Below are positions 55,799 through 64,000 of a DNA stretch of 64,000 nucleotides, piece after piece. The notes below the pieces were generated by a model, which was not told where the DNA came from, ran no database searches, and saw nothing but the letters and a program-made list of their open reading frames with translations. The position numbers were made by a program, and so were the translations under genes. The DNA is from an uncultured Clostridia bacterium. Its GTDB lineage: Bacteria > Bacillota > Clostridia > Christensenellales > UBA1242. How positions within the stretch are numbered: the first letter of the stretch is position 1; the number at the start of each line of letters is the position of its first letter. The stretch covers positions 1,173 to 65,172 of the forward strand of contig CALWKF010000007.1 in assembly GCA_944381215.1 (NCBI GenBank), read 5' to 3'.

Positions 55799-56719
55799 TT
55801 ATTCAGCATCTGCTTTCTTTTCTTGTGTCTCTTTAGGCTCGGCAGTTTTCTTTGTTGCAGTCTTTTTAGGTGCCTTTTTCTCTACCTTTTCAGCCTTTTC
55901 CTCAGCAGACTTCTCTTCACTAGTCTCAGCTGGCTTTTCCTCTTTCTTTTTGAAAACCTTTTTAGCTACCTGAGCACCCTCGTCATTAACGGTCTCGGTA
56001 ATCTCGCCCTCGGTTTCCTTCTTCTCAACTTCAGGAACGTTGCCGTTCTTAGCCTCAATTACTGCGTTTGCAATGGTCTCAGCAATCAAACGCACTGACC
56101 TAATTGCGTCGTCGTTACCAGGGATAACTACGTCTACAAGTGTAGGGTCGCAGTTTGTGTCTACAAGGCCTACAATCGGGATGCCAAGGTCGTGAGCCTC
56201 TTTAACGGCGATGTGTTCTTTCTTAAGGTCAACTACGAATAGTAGACCTGGAAGAGCGGTCATGTCCTTGATACCACCGAGGTTGCGCTCGAGCTTGTCG
56301 CGCTCGGCCTTCATTTTCAAAACCTCTTTCTTAGGGAAGAACTCGAACTCGCCAGTCTGCTCCATTTTGTTTAGCTTGTTGAGTCTGTCTACGCGAGAGC
56401 GAATGGTTTTAAAGTTTGTTAGCGTGCCACCTAGCCAACGGGTGTTGACGTAGTACATGCCACAACGCTCAGCCTCTTCCTTGATTGCGTCGCAGGCCTG
56501 CTTTTTAGTGCCTACGAAAAGTACTGTTTTACCCTTTGCGACCATGTCGCGAACGTAGTTGTATGCCTGTTCAACCAGCACAACTGTCTGCTCCAGGTCA
56601 ATAATGTGTGTGTCGTTACGAGCACAGAAAATGTACTTACTCATCTTTGGGTTCCATTGTCTGGTAGGGTGACCAAACTGAACACCAGCTTCGAGTAATT
56701 GTTTAATTGAAATTGCCAC
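55799..56719 (-). CDS. rpsB: 30S ribosomal protein S2 with ~75-aa Lys/Glu-rich C-terminal extension
   Basis: [17 protein letters not shown]... GTG start after AAGGAGG. Confidence 0.97.
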   Translation of the reverse strand: MAISIKQLLEAGVQFGHPTRQWNPKMSKYIFCARNDTHIIDLEQTVVLVEQAYNYVRDMVAKGKTVLFVGTKKQACDAIKEEAERCGMYYVNTRWLGGTLTNFKTIRSRVDRLNKLNKMEQTGEFEFFPKKEVLKMKAERDKLERNLGGIKDMTALPGLLFVVDLKKEHIAVKEAHDLGIPIVGLVDTNCDPTLVDVVIPGNDDAIRSVRLIAETIANAVIEAKNGNVPEVEKKETEGEITETVNDEGAQVAKKVFKKKEEKPAETSEEKSAEEKAEKVEKKAPKKTATKKTAEPKETQEKKADAE

Positions 56720-56934
56720 TATTTTATCCTCCTTGATTCGTTTTTAGTCCTCCCACCCGCGTTAAAGCTCTTTGGCTCAACCTAAAATTAGGCAACGGTG
56801 CCAAAAATGGCGAATGGTGCGAATTTCAATAACAAAATATTATCATAAATCTTTAAAAAAATCAAGGGCTTGAATATACTTTTTTACTTAAATTTATATA
56901 TTCTCAGCGATTTTAAAGTGCTAATATTATAATG

Positions 56935-56966
56935 AATAAAAAACAATGAATCTAAGGTTCATTGTT
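56935..56966 (-). terminator. Intrinsic terminator of surface-protein gene
   Basis: aacaatgaa ccttaga ttcattgtt followed by TTTTTTATT on the minus strand. Confidence 0.75.
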
Positions 56967-57037
56967 GTGATATGGTGGTTTTTGGCATTTAAGTTGTTGT
57001 AGTTGCAATAGTTTTAAAAAGTATATTTAATTATATT

Positions 57038-58939
57038 TTAATAAAATTCTTGGTTTTGGTCGTTGTTGGTGTCGAAGTTGGCGTTTGATTGGTCGAGGGG
57101 GACAAAAACGGCGGTGATTTTTTTGTTGTAGGCCTCGGCTTTGGTGAGAACGAGATTGTCGGTCGTGCCTAGGTTGTTGCCTTCGCCGTCTTCCCAGTGC
57201 GAAAAGCGGTAGCCGTTTTGCACGAGCCGTGCAATGAATGTAATTGTGTCGTTATCGCCGAGATTTTCGAAGTCGTCCCCTACTATGCTAGCGACCCCAC
57301 CAGCCGTTGCTGAGACTACTATACCGTTCGCACCACCACTAGCACTGGGTGGTGAAAGAGTTTGCTCAATATTGGTAAAGTATAATGTTATCTCGACATC
57401 ATCTATCACGCCCGAAACCTCAAAAAGTACACGAGAGGCGGAGGCGTTAGTTAGATATGTGATACCTAGGCAGGTATCATCAGCAATTAATGTGCCACTT
57501 AAATATTCAATATCTTGCGGGGGCCCGCCGTTTATTGATACCGAGTCGAGATAATTATCTGCGGTAAAGTCGAGTTGATGTCGTTGGACAATATCATCGG
57601 TTGCGGTGTTATTTATCGCAATTTCGGCACCACTATTGCTTGTGGTAAAAATAACCTGTGGCAGTCTAAAATATGCGGTATATGTTTCGCTTTTAGTAAC
57701 TGAAAAAGTATATGGGTTTTCGTAGATTTTGTTCCCGCTACTATCTTGCCAGTAGTCGAAAATATAGCCATTTATGCCTGTAGCGGTAATGGTGGTGGTA
57801 CCGGTGTAGTCGTAATCGAAATTGCCACCGCCTGAGACCATACCTTGTGAGGAATCACTTGACTCAGCTCTAATACTCATACTTAACATTTTGTCAAGAT
57901 TTAAGTGAAGCGCTGCCCGCACCCCGCGGCTATTGTAAACATAGTAAGAGCCAAGCGAAGAGCCGGAGGAATAAAGGGAGTAAGCATTGCGCGAAGAATA
58001 ATAGTCACCAGACCGCGACCACCAATTAGTAGAAGCAGAACGTTCTGTTGTGGATAACTCCCAAATACCTAACTTAGAATCACTTGTACCTGTCTCTGAA
58101 AGGCTGGGAAGCCAGAGATAGTCATTCCCCCACTGCGTGTAGTATGTTTTAGTTTGATAAATTCTATTACCAGAATAGCCTGAGAGATTCGTTGCGAGAG
58201 ATTCGTTGTTTAGAGTGTATCCTTGTGGGTTATTGCTACCTGTTAGTTGGGCTTGGGTTTGATACCATACATTTTTTGGCTGAACAAGATAGTTTGTTAG
58301 ACCTAGCGAGTCTACAGTAAAGAGCGCATATTTGTGGGAAGAGCTTTGAGTTGCTTGAGTTACACTTGTAGGATTTGAATTATTGTTGGCAATTTTTACA
58401 TATGGTCCACCATTATTTAAAGTAACCGCACGAATGTGGCTAGTACCATACATACTAGTTGGATAGCCACTAGTAAAGCTATTACCACCATAGTTAGAAC
58501 TACTATTTCCGTATGTTGCAGTGCCATCATTGTTAACCATTAAAAGTGTTGCAATGCGGGCTCCTGTGGTATCATTTGTACGAGTCAAATATACAACTAT
58601 CCAATCATAATCGCCTATAGTAACCTTTATATACTGATCGGCATATTTCCCGCCGTATGTATACCAACGAATGTCTGCAGCAGTCTGGCGGGTCGTATTT
58701 ACCCCATTTATTGTACCATCACTCGATATGTAACTTAATAATTGATTTAAGTTTGTCTGATTAAAAGACTTTGATTCGCTATCCCAAAGTTGAGGTACAC
58801 TTATCCAATCTCCAGCAGGTTCTGGAGTAGCGTTAACTATGCCATTTGGGCTAAACAAGAAAGCGGTTAAAAGTGTGGCTAGGCAAAAAATGCTGGCAAT
58901 CGCCACAATTACTCCAGTTTTGACCTTTGATAATCTCAT
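57038..58939 (-). CDS. Signal-anchored surface protein, paralogue of 31453-34047 (DUF6273-like domain + Listeria-Bacteroides-type repeats)
   Basis: N-terminal TM/signal segment. WWSRSG...RGVRAALHLNL. Two G-Y-x-F-x-x-W repeats (GYIFDYWQD..., GYRFSHWED...). RBS is AGGAGAGG. Confidence 0.6.
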   Translation of the reverse strand: MRLSKVKTGVIVAIASIFCLATLLTAFLFSPNGIVNATPEPAGDWISVPQLWDSESKSFNQTNLNQLLSYISSDGTINGVNTTRQTAADIRWYTYGGKYADQYIKVTIGDYDWIVVYLTRTNDTTGARIATLLMVNNDGTATYGNSSSNYGGNSFTSGYPTSMYGTSHIRAVTLNNGGPYVKIANNNSNPTSVTQATQSSSHKYALFTVDSLGLTNYLVQPKNVWYQTQAQLTGSNNPQGYTLNNESLATNLSGYSGNRIYQTKTYYTQWGNDYLWLPSLSETGTSDSKLGIWELSTTERSASTNWWSRSGDYYSSRNAYSLYSSGSSLGSYYVYNSRGVRAALHLNLDKMLSMSIRAESSDSSQGMVSGGGNFDYDYTGTTTITATGINGYIFDYWQDSSGNKIYENPYTFSVTKSETYTAYFRLPQVIFTTSNSGAEIAINNTATDDIVQRHQLDFTADNYLDSVSINGGPPQDIEYLSGTLIADDTCLGITYLTNASASRVLFEVSGVIDDVEITLYFTNIEQTLSPPSASGGANGIVVSATAGGVASIVGDDFENLGDNDTITFIARLVQNGYRFSHWEDGEGNNLGTTDNLVLTKAEAYNKKITAVFVPLDQSNANFDTNNDQNQEFY

Positions 58940-59405
58940 ACTAACCTCTCCTATTTTTATTAAAAATTAAATTTTTGCTTCTAAATAAATTATAATTCAT
59001 AATTGCAAATCTAATTAACTCGTTCTAAAAACATTAAAGCCTACTTTTTATAGAAACATTATTAAAACATAAAACTATTATAGAGTTATATAGATATTCT
59101 ATATTATTTTAACAATTTTCAAGATTTTTAGCAAATTATTCGAAAAGTTTTAGGAAATTAAGGGTTGTAAAATACTGGAAAAAATACTACCTTATGAGCA
59201 GTTTTTCAATATCAAATGATATTATTAAACAAAAAAGAAACATAATTTTAAATACCCACCCCACTACAATTAAAAGTTTACCATTTTTTATTCTAAAAAG
59301 GATAAATTACGAGAAATTTGCGTAAGGTAATGTTACGAGAAATACCCGTACGAAAATAATGCGTAAGTTAACTATTATGATTTTATTTATAGTAAACTTA
59401 TAGTT

Positions 59406-59663
59406 ATGAGTATAGGTGAAATTATAAGGTTGTTGCGAATAGAAAACAATATGTCGCAAACTGCATTAGGTAATATATTATATGTATCACAAGATACAAT
59501 TTCGAGTTGGGAACTTGGAAAAAGCAAGCCCGATTTTGACATGTTGCGAAATATTGCAATCATATTTGATATTTCTTTGGATGAGTTAATGGATATGGAA
59601 AACTATCGCAATGAATGGAGTAAAAAACAAAAAGAACAAGAATTAAAACAGCAGAAAAACTAA
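59406..59663 (+). CDS. XRE-family helix-turn-helix protein (85 aa)
   Basis: MSQTALGNILYVSQDTISSWELGKSKP is an HTH_3 signature. No clear SD sequence. Confidence 0.65.
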   Translation: MSIGEIIRLLRIENNMSQTALGNILYVSQDTISSWELGKSKPDFDMLRNIAIIFDISLDELMDMENYRNEWSKKQKEQELKQQKN

Positions 59664-59691
59664 AAGAGTAGACTTTTAAACCTACTCTTTT
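59662..59691. terminator. Bidirectional intrinsic terminator (XRE gene / yebC array)
   Basis: aaaagagtag acttttaaac ctactctttt. Confidence 0.75.
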
Positions 59692-59699
59692 ATATAGTT

Positions 59700-59747
59700 T
59701 TACTCTTCCTCGATTTCCTCTTTGATGTTAACATTGTGGTAAACATT
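59700..59747 (-). repeat. Copy A of the yebC 3' end (would encode NVYHNVNIKEEIEEE*)
   Basis: 42 of 48 nt identical to 59987-60034, with frame and stop preserved. Confidence 0.9.
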
Positions 59748-59756
59748 TAAGGAAAG

Positions 59757-59794
59757 CACAAAAAGCAGTCGAAGATGTATGCGTGCTTTTTGTG
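59757..59794 (-). other. Hairpin in spacer 2 (11-bp stem cacaaaaagca/tgctttttgtg)
   Basis: Perfect stem with a 16-nt loop. Positional homologue of the hairpin at 59902-59939 but with a different stem sequence. Confidence 0.7.
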
Positions 59795-59844
59795 GTGTGC
59801 AAAATGTATACCACCCCAAGCATATCGCTATACTAGACTAACTA

Positions 59845-59892
59845 CTAGTCTTCTTCGACTTCCTCCCTAATATTCACGTTGTGGTATACATT
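59845..59892 (-). repeat. Copy B of the yebC 3' end (would encode NVYHNVNIREEVEED*)
   Basis: 34 of 48 nt identical to the functional end. Most differences are at third codon positions, and the stop is kept as TAG. Confidence 0.9.
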
Positions 59893-59901
59893 TCTTGAAA
59901 A

Positions 59902-59939
59902 TTTGAAAAGCGGACAAGTAAGCGTGCGTGCTTTTCAAA
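59902..59939 (-). other. Hairpin in spacer 1 (10-bp stem tttgaaaagc/gcttttcaaa)
   Basis: Perfect stem with an 18-nt loop. On the minus strand it is followed by attttc. Confidence 0.7.
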
Positions 59940-59986
59940 CTGTCAAGGTGTTTACCACTCGGCAAGGCTGTCGACCAAACTTACTA

Positions 59987-60730
59987 TTAATCTTCCTCAT
60001 TCTCTTCTTTAATGTTAACATTGTGGTAAACATTTTGTACATCGTCATTTTCCTCGAGGTTGTCGAGCATTTTCATAAATGATGTGTACTTGTCGTCGGG
60101 CAAGTCCATTGTTTGTTGCGCAATCATTTCGAGTTCTGCTGAAACAATTTCAAGGCCTGCCTCGGTGATTTTGTCGCGCATGGTAGCCAAACTCGTTGCC
60201 TCACCTATAAATGTGTACCCCTCGGTATTGTAATCGAAATCATCGGCACCAGCATCCATTGCAATCATCATGACATCATCCTCAGTAAGCCCTGCCTTTG
60301 GCTTTGTAGCAATTACTGCCTTGCGGTCGAACATAAAGGACACGCTCCCAGGGCCACCAAGCGCACCGCCTGCTCTATCAAAAATGTGGCGGACATCGCT
60401 GGATGCGCGGTTCTTGTTATCGGTCAAGATGTCGCAAATTACGGCACTACCGCCTGGGCCATAGCCCTCGTACATCATTGACTCGTAGTTCACGCTCGCG
60501 CCCTCGCCACTTGCCTTTTTAATACTGCGCTGAATGTTGTCGTTCGGCATGTTGTTTGCACGCGCCTTGGCAATCACGGTCGCAAGTTTAGGGTTTGTCG
60601 CAGGGTCAGGACCGCCCGCCTTAACGGCAACTGCAATTTCCTTACCGATTTTTGTAAAGATTTTTCCGCGCGCCTGGTCGGTTTTTTCCTTGTCGCGCTT
60701 TATGGTTGACCACTTACTATGACCTGACAT
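59987..60730 (-). CDS. yebC: YebC/PmpR-family DNA-binding transcriptional regulator
   Basis: MSGHSKWSTIKR N-terminus and DDVQNVYHN C-terminus. Confidence 0.93.
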   Translation of the reverse strand: MSGHSKWSTIKRDKEKTDQARGKIFTKIGKEIAVAVKAGGPDPATNPKLATVIAKARANNMPNDNIQRSIKKASGEGASVNYESMMYEGYGPGGSAVICDILTDNKNRASSDVRHIFDRAGGALGGPGSVSFMFDRKAVIATKPKAGLTEDDVMMIAMDAGADDFDYNTEGYTFIGEATSLATMRDKITEAGLEIVSAELEMIAQQTMDLPDDKYTSFMKMLDNLEENDDVQNVYHNVNIKEENEED

Positions 60731-60742
60731 AATTAATTCTCC

Positions 60743-61468
60743 TTATTTACAAAATTTACTCATAAGTATCCCGCCAGCGACCGCTACATTGAGCGATTCG
60801 ACAGAATTTCGCATTGGAATCGAAACAACACGGCTTGCAAGCGACCTAATCTCGTCGCTGACTCCGTTTGCCTCGTTTCCTAAAATCAAACCAATGTTTT
60901 TTTCGCTTTTCCCGCTAATTTCGTCGCCCGCCATATCGGCAAGCAAGATTTCGTGGTTTTTGAGCCTACCTAAATCCTCTAACTCCGCGTCAAACAGCAC
61001 GACATCGGCGATAGTGCCCATAGTAGAGCGCAAGACCTTGTCGTTTAGGTAATCTACGCACTTATATAAATATATGAATTTAAAATTAAAAGCGAGTGCA
61101 GTGCGGATGATTGTGCCTAAATTCCCCGGGTCCTGAATATGGTCGAGAATTAAAAAGTTTGTTTTTGGCTCGGTAAACTCGCGCCTAGGGATACTCACCA
61201 CGCCCACGATATTCGAGGGAGTTACGGTGTTTGACAAAACCGCCAGTACTTCTGGTGTCGTCTCGATTTTCTCGCACTCGGGCAAAGGAAATGCAGGCGG
61301 TGTGGAATAGAGTGCATATTTAAACTCGACTCCGCGCGCCACCATTTCGCGAACAAAACGCTCGCCCTCGATTAGAACTAACCCCGTTTCCTCGCGGTAC
61401 TTCTTCAGCTTTAACTTGTTTAGGCTAACAATCAGCGGGTTATTGCGACTTGTGATTGATTTTTCCAT
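60743..61468 (-). CDS. TrmH/SpoU-family RNA 2'-O-methyltransferase
   Basis: DPGNLGTIIRTA, LGNEANGV and SLNVAVAGGI motifs. Confidence 0.85.
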   Translation of the reverse strand: MEKSITSRNNPLIVSLNKLKLKKYREETGLVLIEGERFVREMVARGVEFKYALYSTPPAFPLPECEKIETTPEVLAVLSNTVTPSNIVGVVSIPRREFTEPKTNFLILDHIQDPGNLGTIIRTALAFNFKFIYLYKCVDYLNDKVLRSTMGTIADVVLFDAELEDLGRLKNHEILLADMAGDEISGKSEKNIGLILGNEANGVSDEIRSLASRVVSIPMRNSVESLNVAVAGGILMSKFCK

Positions 61469-61475
61469 AATTCCA

Positions 61476-61507
61476 AAAAATAGTTTTACAAATTTGCAAA
61501 ACTATTT
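61476..61507 (-). terminator. Intrinsic terminator after rplT
   Basis: aaaatagttttgcaaa/tttgtaaaactatttt near-perfect palindrome followed by a T-run. Confidence 0.65.
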
Positions 61508-61518
61508 TCTCCTTAAAC

Positions 61519-61875
61519 TTATTTAGCCAATGCTTTCTTAGCGGTCTCGACAAGGGCGGTAAAACCAGCCTCATCGGTAACTGCCATGTCTGCTAACACC
61601 TTACGATTTAGGTCGATGTTAGCGAGTTTTAGGCCGTGCATAAAGTTGCTGTAGTTGATGTCGTTTAGACGGCAACCAGCGTTAATACGCGCGATCCAAA
61701 GTGTACGCATGTCGCGTTTCTTTAGCTTACGGCCAACGTATGCGTAGTTTCCTGAACGCATAACTTGCTCTTTAGCAGCCTTAAACTGCTTTGACTTTGC
61801 GCCGTAGTAACCCTTAGCTTTCTTTAGAGTCTTGTTTCTTTTCTTGATCGCGTGTAAGCCATTTTTAATTCTCAT
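61519..61875 (-). CDS. rplT: 50S ribosomal protein L20
   Basis: Typical L20 sequence. Confidence 0.97.
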   Translation of the reverse strand: MRIKNGLHAIKKRNKTLKKAKGYYGAKSKQFKAAKEQVMRSGNYAYVGRKLKKRDMRTLWIARINAGCRLNDINYSNFMHGLKLANIDLNRKVLADMAVTDEAGFTALVETAKKALAK

Positions 61876-61889
61876 AGTTCACTTCCTCC

Positions 61890-62084
61890 TTAAACCTTAA
61901 TGGCCTTTGCGATTTTTGGCTGGTCTGCCTTTGAGACAGTGTCGCCTGCGCGAAGACGCATTTTTCTCTTACTTGATTTCTTTGTCATAATGTGGCTACG
62001 GTATTGACAACCGCGCTTGATGACGCCATTCTTGTTCATTCTAAAACGCTTTTTAGCCGAACTTTTACTCTTCATTTTTGGCAT
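61890..62084 (-). CDS. rpmI: 50S ribosomal protein L35
   Basis: [14 protein letters not shown]. Confidence 0.95.
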   Translation of the reverse strand: MPKMKSKSSAKKRFRMNKNGVIKRGCQYRSHIMTKKSSKRKMRLRAGDTVSKADQPKIAKAIKV

Positions 62085-62106
62085 AATCTTCTTTTCTCCT
62101 ATCGAT

Positions 62107-62622
62107 TTATTTGGTATTTTTAGGGGCTAGAATCATAGTGATAATTGAACCCGAAAGCAATGGTTTTTGGTCCATTACGCAGTATTCAGACAGCATTTCG
62201 TAAAACTTGTTCATGTTGTCGATACCGAAGTGCGCAAAATTTGCCATTCTACCGCGCACACCCTTGATAACGACACGGACCTTGTCACCATTTTGTAAAA
62301 ATTTCGCCACTTGGTTAGCCTTGTATCGCATATCGTGCTCCTCAATGCGCATGGAAAGCTCCATACCCTTTATATCGGCGGCCTTTTGCTTTTTCTTTGC
62401 CTCTTTATCGCGTTTTTGCGCGATAAACTTGTATTTGCCGTAGTCCATGATTCGGCAAACGGGCGGTTCGCCATTAGGGTTGATTGCGACTAGATCAAGA
62501 CCCTCATCATAAGCACGAGTTAGCGCTGTGTTAATATCCACAATGCCTAGTTGCTCGCCCTCAATACCAAGTAGGCGCACTTGTTTTGCAGAAATCTGCT
62601 CATTAATAGGTAATTCCTTTAT
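62107..62622 (-). CDS. infC: Translation initiation factor IF-3 (non-canonical ATA start)
   Basis: The tracked ORF starts mid-protein. Extending upstream gives [22 protein letters not shown] lies 8 nt after AGGAGG, and there is an in-frame TAG just upstream. infC classically uses AUU/AUA-type starts. Confidence 0.9.
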   Translation of the reverse strand: MKELPINEQISAKQVRLLGIEGEQLGIVDINTALTRAYDEGLDLVAINPNGEPPVCRIMDYGKYKFIAQKRDKEAKKKQKAADIKGMELSMRIEEHDMRYKANQVAKFLQNGDKVRVVIKGVRGRMANFAHFGIDNMNKFYEMLSEYCVMDQKPLLSGSIITMILAPKNTK

Positions 62623-62764
62623 GACCTTATCCTCCTAAAAATTATTGAACAAAGAAAGAAGTGGATAGACCTACTACCCACCTCTAAATATCAAAAAAAG
62701 CGATATCGATTACCAATCTAGGAATCCCGACTGGTGAGAAGTGAGTACTTCTTCTTTGCTACAT
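62623..62764 (-). promoter_or_regulatory. infC-rpmI-rplT leader, candidate L20-type autoregulatory RNA
   Basis: Long-range complementarity between caaagaagaagt and acttctttctttg, several hairpins, and gcgatatcgc followed by T7. The family was not verified. Confidence 0.35.
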
Positions 62765-62770
62765 GCGAAT

Positions 62771-62799
62771 ATTTTAGCACTTTTATATATGCTTGTCAA
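62771..62799 (-). promoter_or_regulatory. Candidate infC operon promoter (TTGACA-17-TAAAAT)
   Basis: TTGACA at 62799-62794 and TAAAAT at 62776-62771. Confidence 0.6.
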
Positions 62800-62926
62800 G
62801 GGTTTTTAGTAAATTTAGAGCAGAACAAAACGGAAATTTTATATTTTCTATTGTCATAACAAAGTTAAATTTATTTAATCTATATTATATAATTTGTAAG
62901 CTTTTAATTAATTTCTTTATAAAAAA

Positions 62927-63970
62927 TTATTGCATTTGCTGTTGAGATAGATTGTTAGACCTTTCAGCAAGATATTTTAGCACATCATCGCCTTCAAAAC
63001 TCGTACGCCAATTCTTAGATATTTCGTATTGCGAGTTTTCTTTGTTAAAAAAGCTACGATATTGTTTAATTAAGCCTGCTTTTAGCAACGAATTAATTTC
63101 TATTAAGTCTTGGGCACTCACCTCGGACTTATTTAGCACTGAGGACCTATTTTGTTGCTTTTCCTGAATTTTTAGCATCAACTTTTGCTGACGGTCACTC
63201 AAGCGTTCTGCTTTGTTTTTAATCGTTTCACTATACACTGGCGCAACATCTTTTATGCCCTGTGGAGTTAATCTGTATACAACTTTCATACAATTATTTT
63301 TCTTATCTTCCACAATATCATACTCAACCTGCTTTTTAGCAATTAAGGTCTTTAAAGTCTTATTAACATAATCCGTAAGCAAATCTAATTTACAACAATA
63401 AAATAAATATTTGTTACTTAAAACATCATGCAAGAACCTAGAATCGCATTGTTTATCATGGGTAAAACATTCATATAAGCAAAATAAAACACCTCTTTCA
63501 AAATAAGTATCATTTAAATTCCCCATTCTTGCCTCAAACACATCATTGGTATTTTTAAAAAGATAATTCAAAGCATACCAACCAAGCCCTGTTATTTTCC
63601 ATTTAAATTGCTCAGCCTCGCCATTTGGAACGCCTACTTTTTTAGGATATATTAAATTTGCTTTATATAAAACCTCAAAAACATCTGCATATTTCTCCAT
63701 TGCGTCAAGGTCTAATTTATTAAAATTATTTTTTGAAAAATATTTAATAAAAATTATTCTTTGTTCTTTTGTTAAACTCTCTAAAGCATTAAATATTTCC
63801 AACTGATAATCAAGCCGAACTTGGTCTACCATTTGAGGAGAAAGTTTGTACATGGCTACAAAATCATTTTTTACCTTTATAAAATTATAAGTAATAACAC
63901 CTTCAACAAAAAGATTTATCAAATTTTTTCGAATCTTAGCAGAAACTTTAGACCTCTGTTTTTTACTCAT
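62927..63970 (-). CDS. Hypothetical protein (347 aa), AT-rich gene, possible winged-helix segments
   Basis: Long intact ORF. I recognise no family motif. VVYRLTPQG is reminiscent of wHTH wings. Confidence 0.45.
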   Translation of the reverse strand: MSKKQRSKVSAKIRKNLINLFVEGVITYNFIKVKNDFVAMYKLSPQMVDQVRLDYQLEIFNALESLTKEQRIIFIKYFSKNNFNKLDLDAMEKYADVFEVLYKANLIYPKKVGVPNGEAEQFKWKITGLGWYALNYLFKNTNDVFEARMGNLNDTYFERGVLFCLYECFTHDKQCDSRFLHDVLSNKYLFYCCKLDLLTDYVNKTLKTLIAKKQVEYDIVEDKKNNCMKVVYRLTPQGIKDVAPVYSETIKNKAERLSDRQQKLMLKIQEKQQNRSSVLNKSEVSAQDLIEINSLLKAGLIKQYRSFFNKENSQYEISKNWRTSFEGDDVLKYLAERSNNLSQQQMQ

Positions 63971-64000
63971 ATCTTTAAAAGCATATGCTTTATAAACTCT

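Noticed and set aside
59700-60034. Diversity-generating retroelement (VR/TR pair) as an explanation for the repeated gene end
   Set aside because: No reverse transcriptase is nearby. The differences between copies are not adenine-specific, are mostly synonymous, and each copy keeps its own stop codon.
59879-60082. 67-aa plus-strand ORF spanning the yebC repeat unit and the yebC 3' end
   Set aside because: It has a TTG start without an RBS, runs antisense to yebC, and its sequence is simply the complement of the repeat and spacer. It is best explained as a by-product of the repeats.
1-64000. Defence systems, prophage, transposons, toxin-antitoxin pairs, retrons
   Set aside because: I found no nuclease/ATPase/RT/transposase-type accessory ORFs. 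The two XRE genes have no adjacent toxin-sized partner. The only recombinase looks chromosomal (Xer-like).

Overview
This window is a chromosomal segment from an AT-rich, Gram-positive-type (Bacillota-like) bacterium. All calls come from reading the sequence and ORF translations by eye; no searches were run. The content is almost entirely housekeeping. From about 10 kb to the right end nearly all genes lie on the minus strand.

Main gene blocks:
- pgsA-cinA(like)-recA-rny cluster, plus ftsK
- secDF-recJ
- serS with a class I lysyl-tRNA synthetase
- dnaB
- rpsB-tsf-frr-uppS-cdsA-rseP-(polC slot)-nusA-ylxR-L7Ae-infB-rbfA-nrnA-truB, in a contracted form
- infC-rpmI-rplT
- one tRNA-Trp (anticodon CCA)

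I found no rRNA, CRISPR array, transposase, prophage or recognisable defence operon.

The non-routine signals, in order of interest:
1. Three tandem copies of the last 16 codons of yebC. They differ mainly at synonymous sites, and each is followed by a homologous spacer carrying covarying hairpins (59700-60034).
2. A XerS-like single recombinase next to a 736-bp ORF-free region. That region holds a perfect 11-6-11 (extendable to 14-6-14) dif-like palindrome and a family of direct repeats. It sits where coding-strand polarity flips, which suggests the replication terminus.
3. A 516-aa protein with PolC N-terminal, OB and intact DEDDh exonuclease domains but no PHP or polymerase domains. It occupies the position where polC normally lies.
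4. A DnaB helicase with a proline-rich tail ending in an SSB-tip-like PIDTDDDPIFD.
5. Two paralogous large surface proteins, one paired with an XRE regulator next to the yebC repeats.

I cannot name a complete new multi-gene system in this window. Items 1 and 2 are the best candidates for something undescribed.
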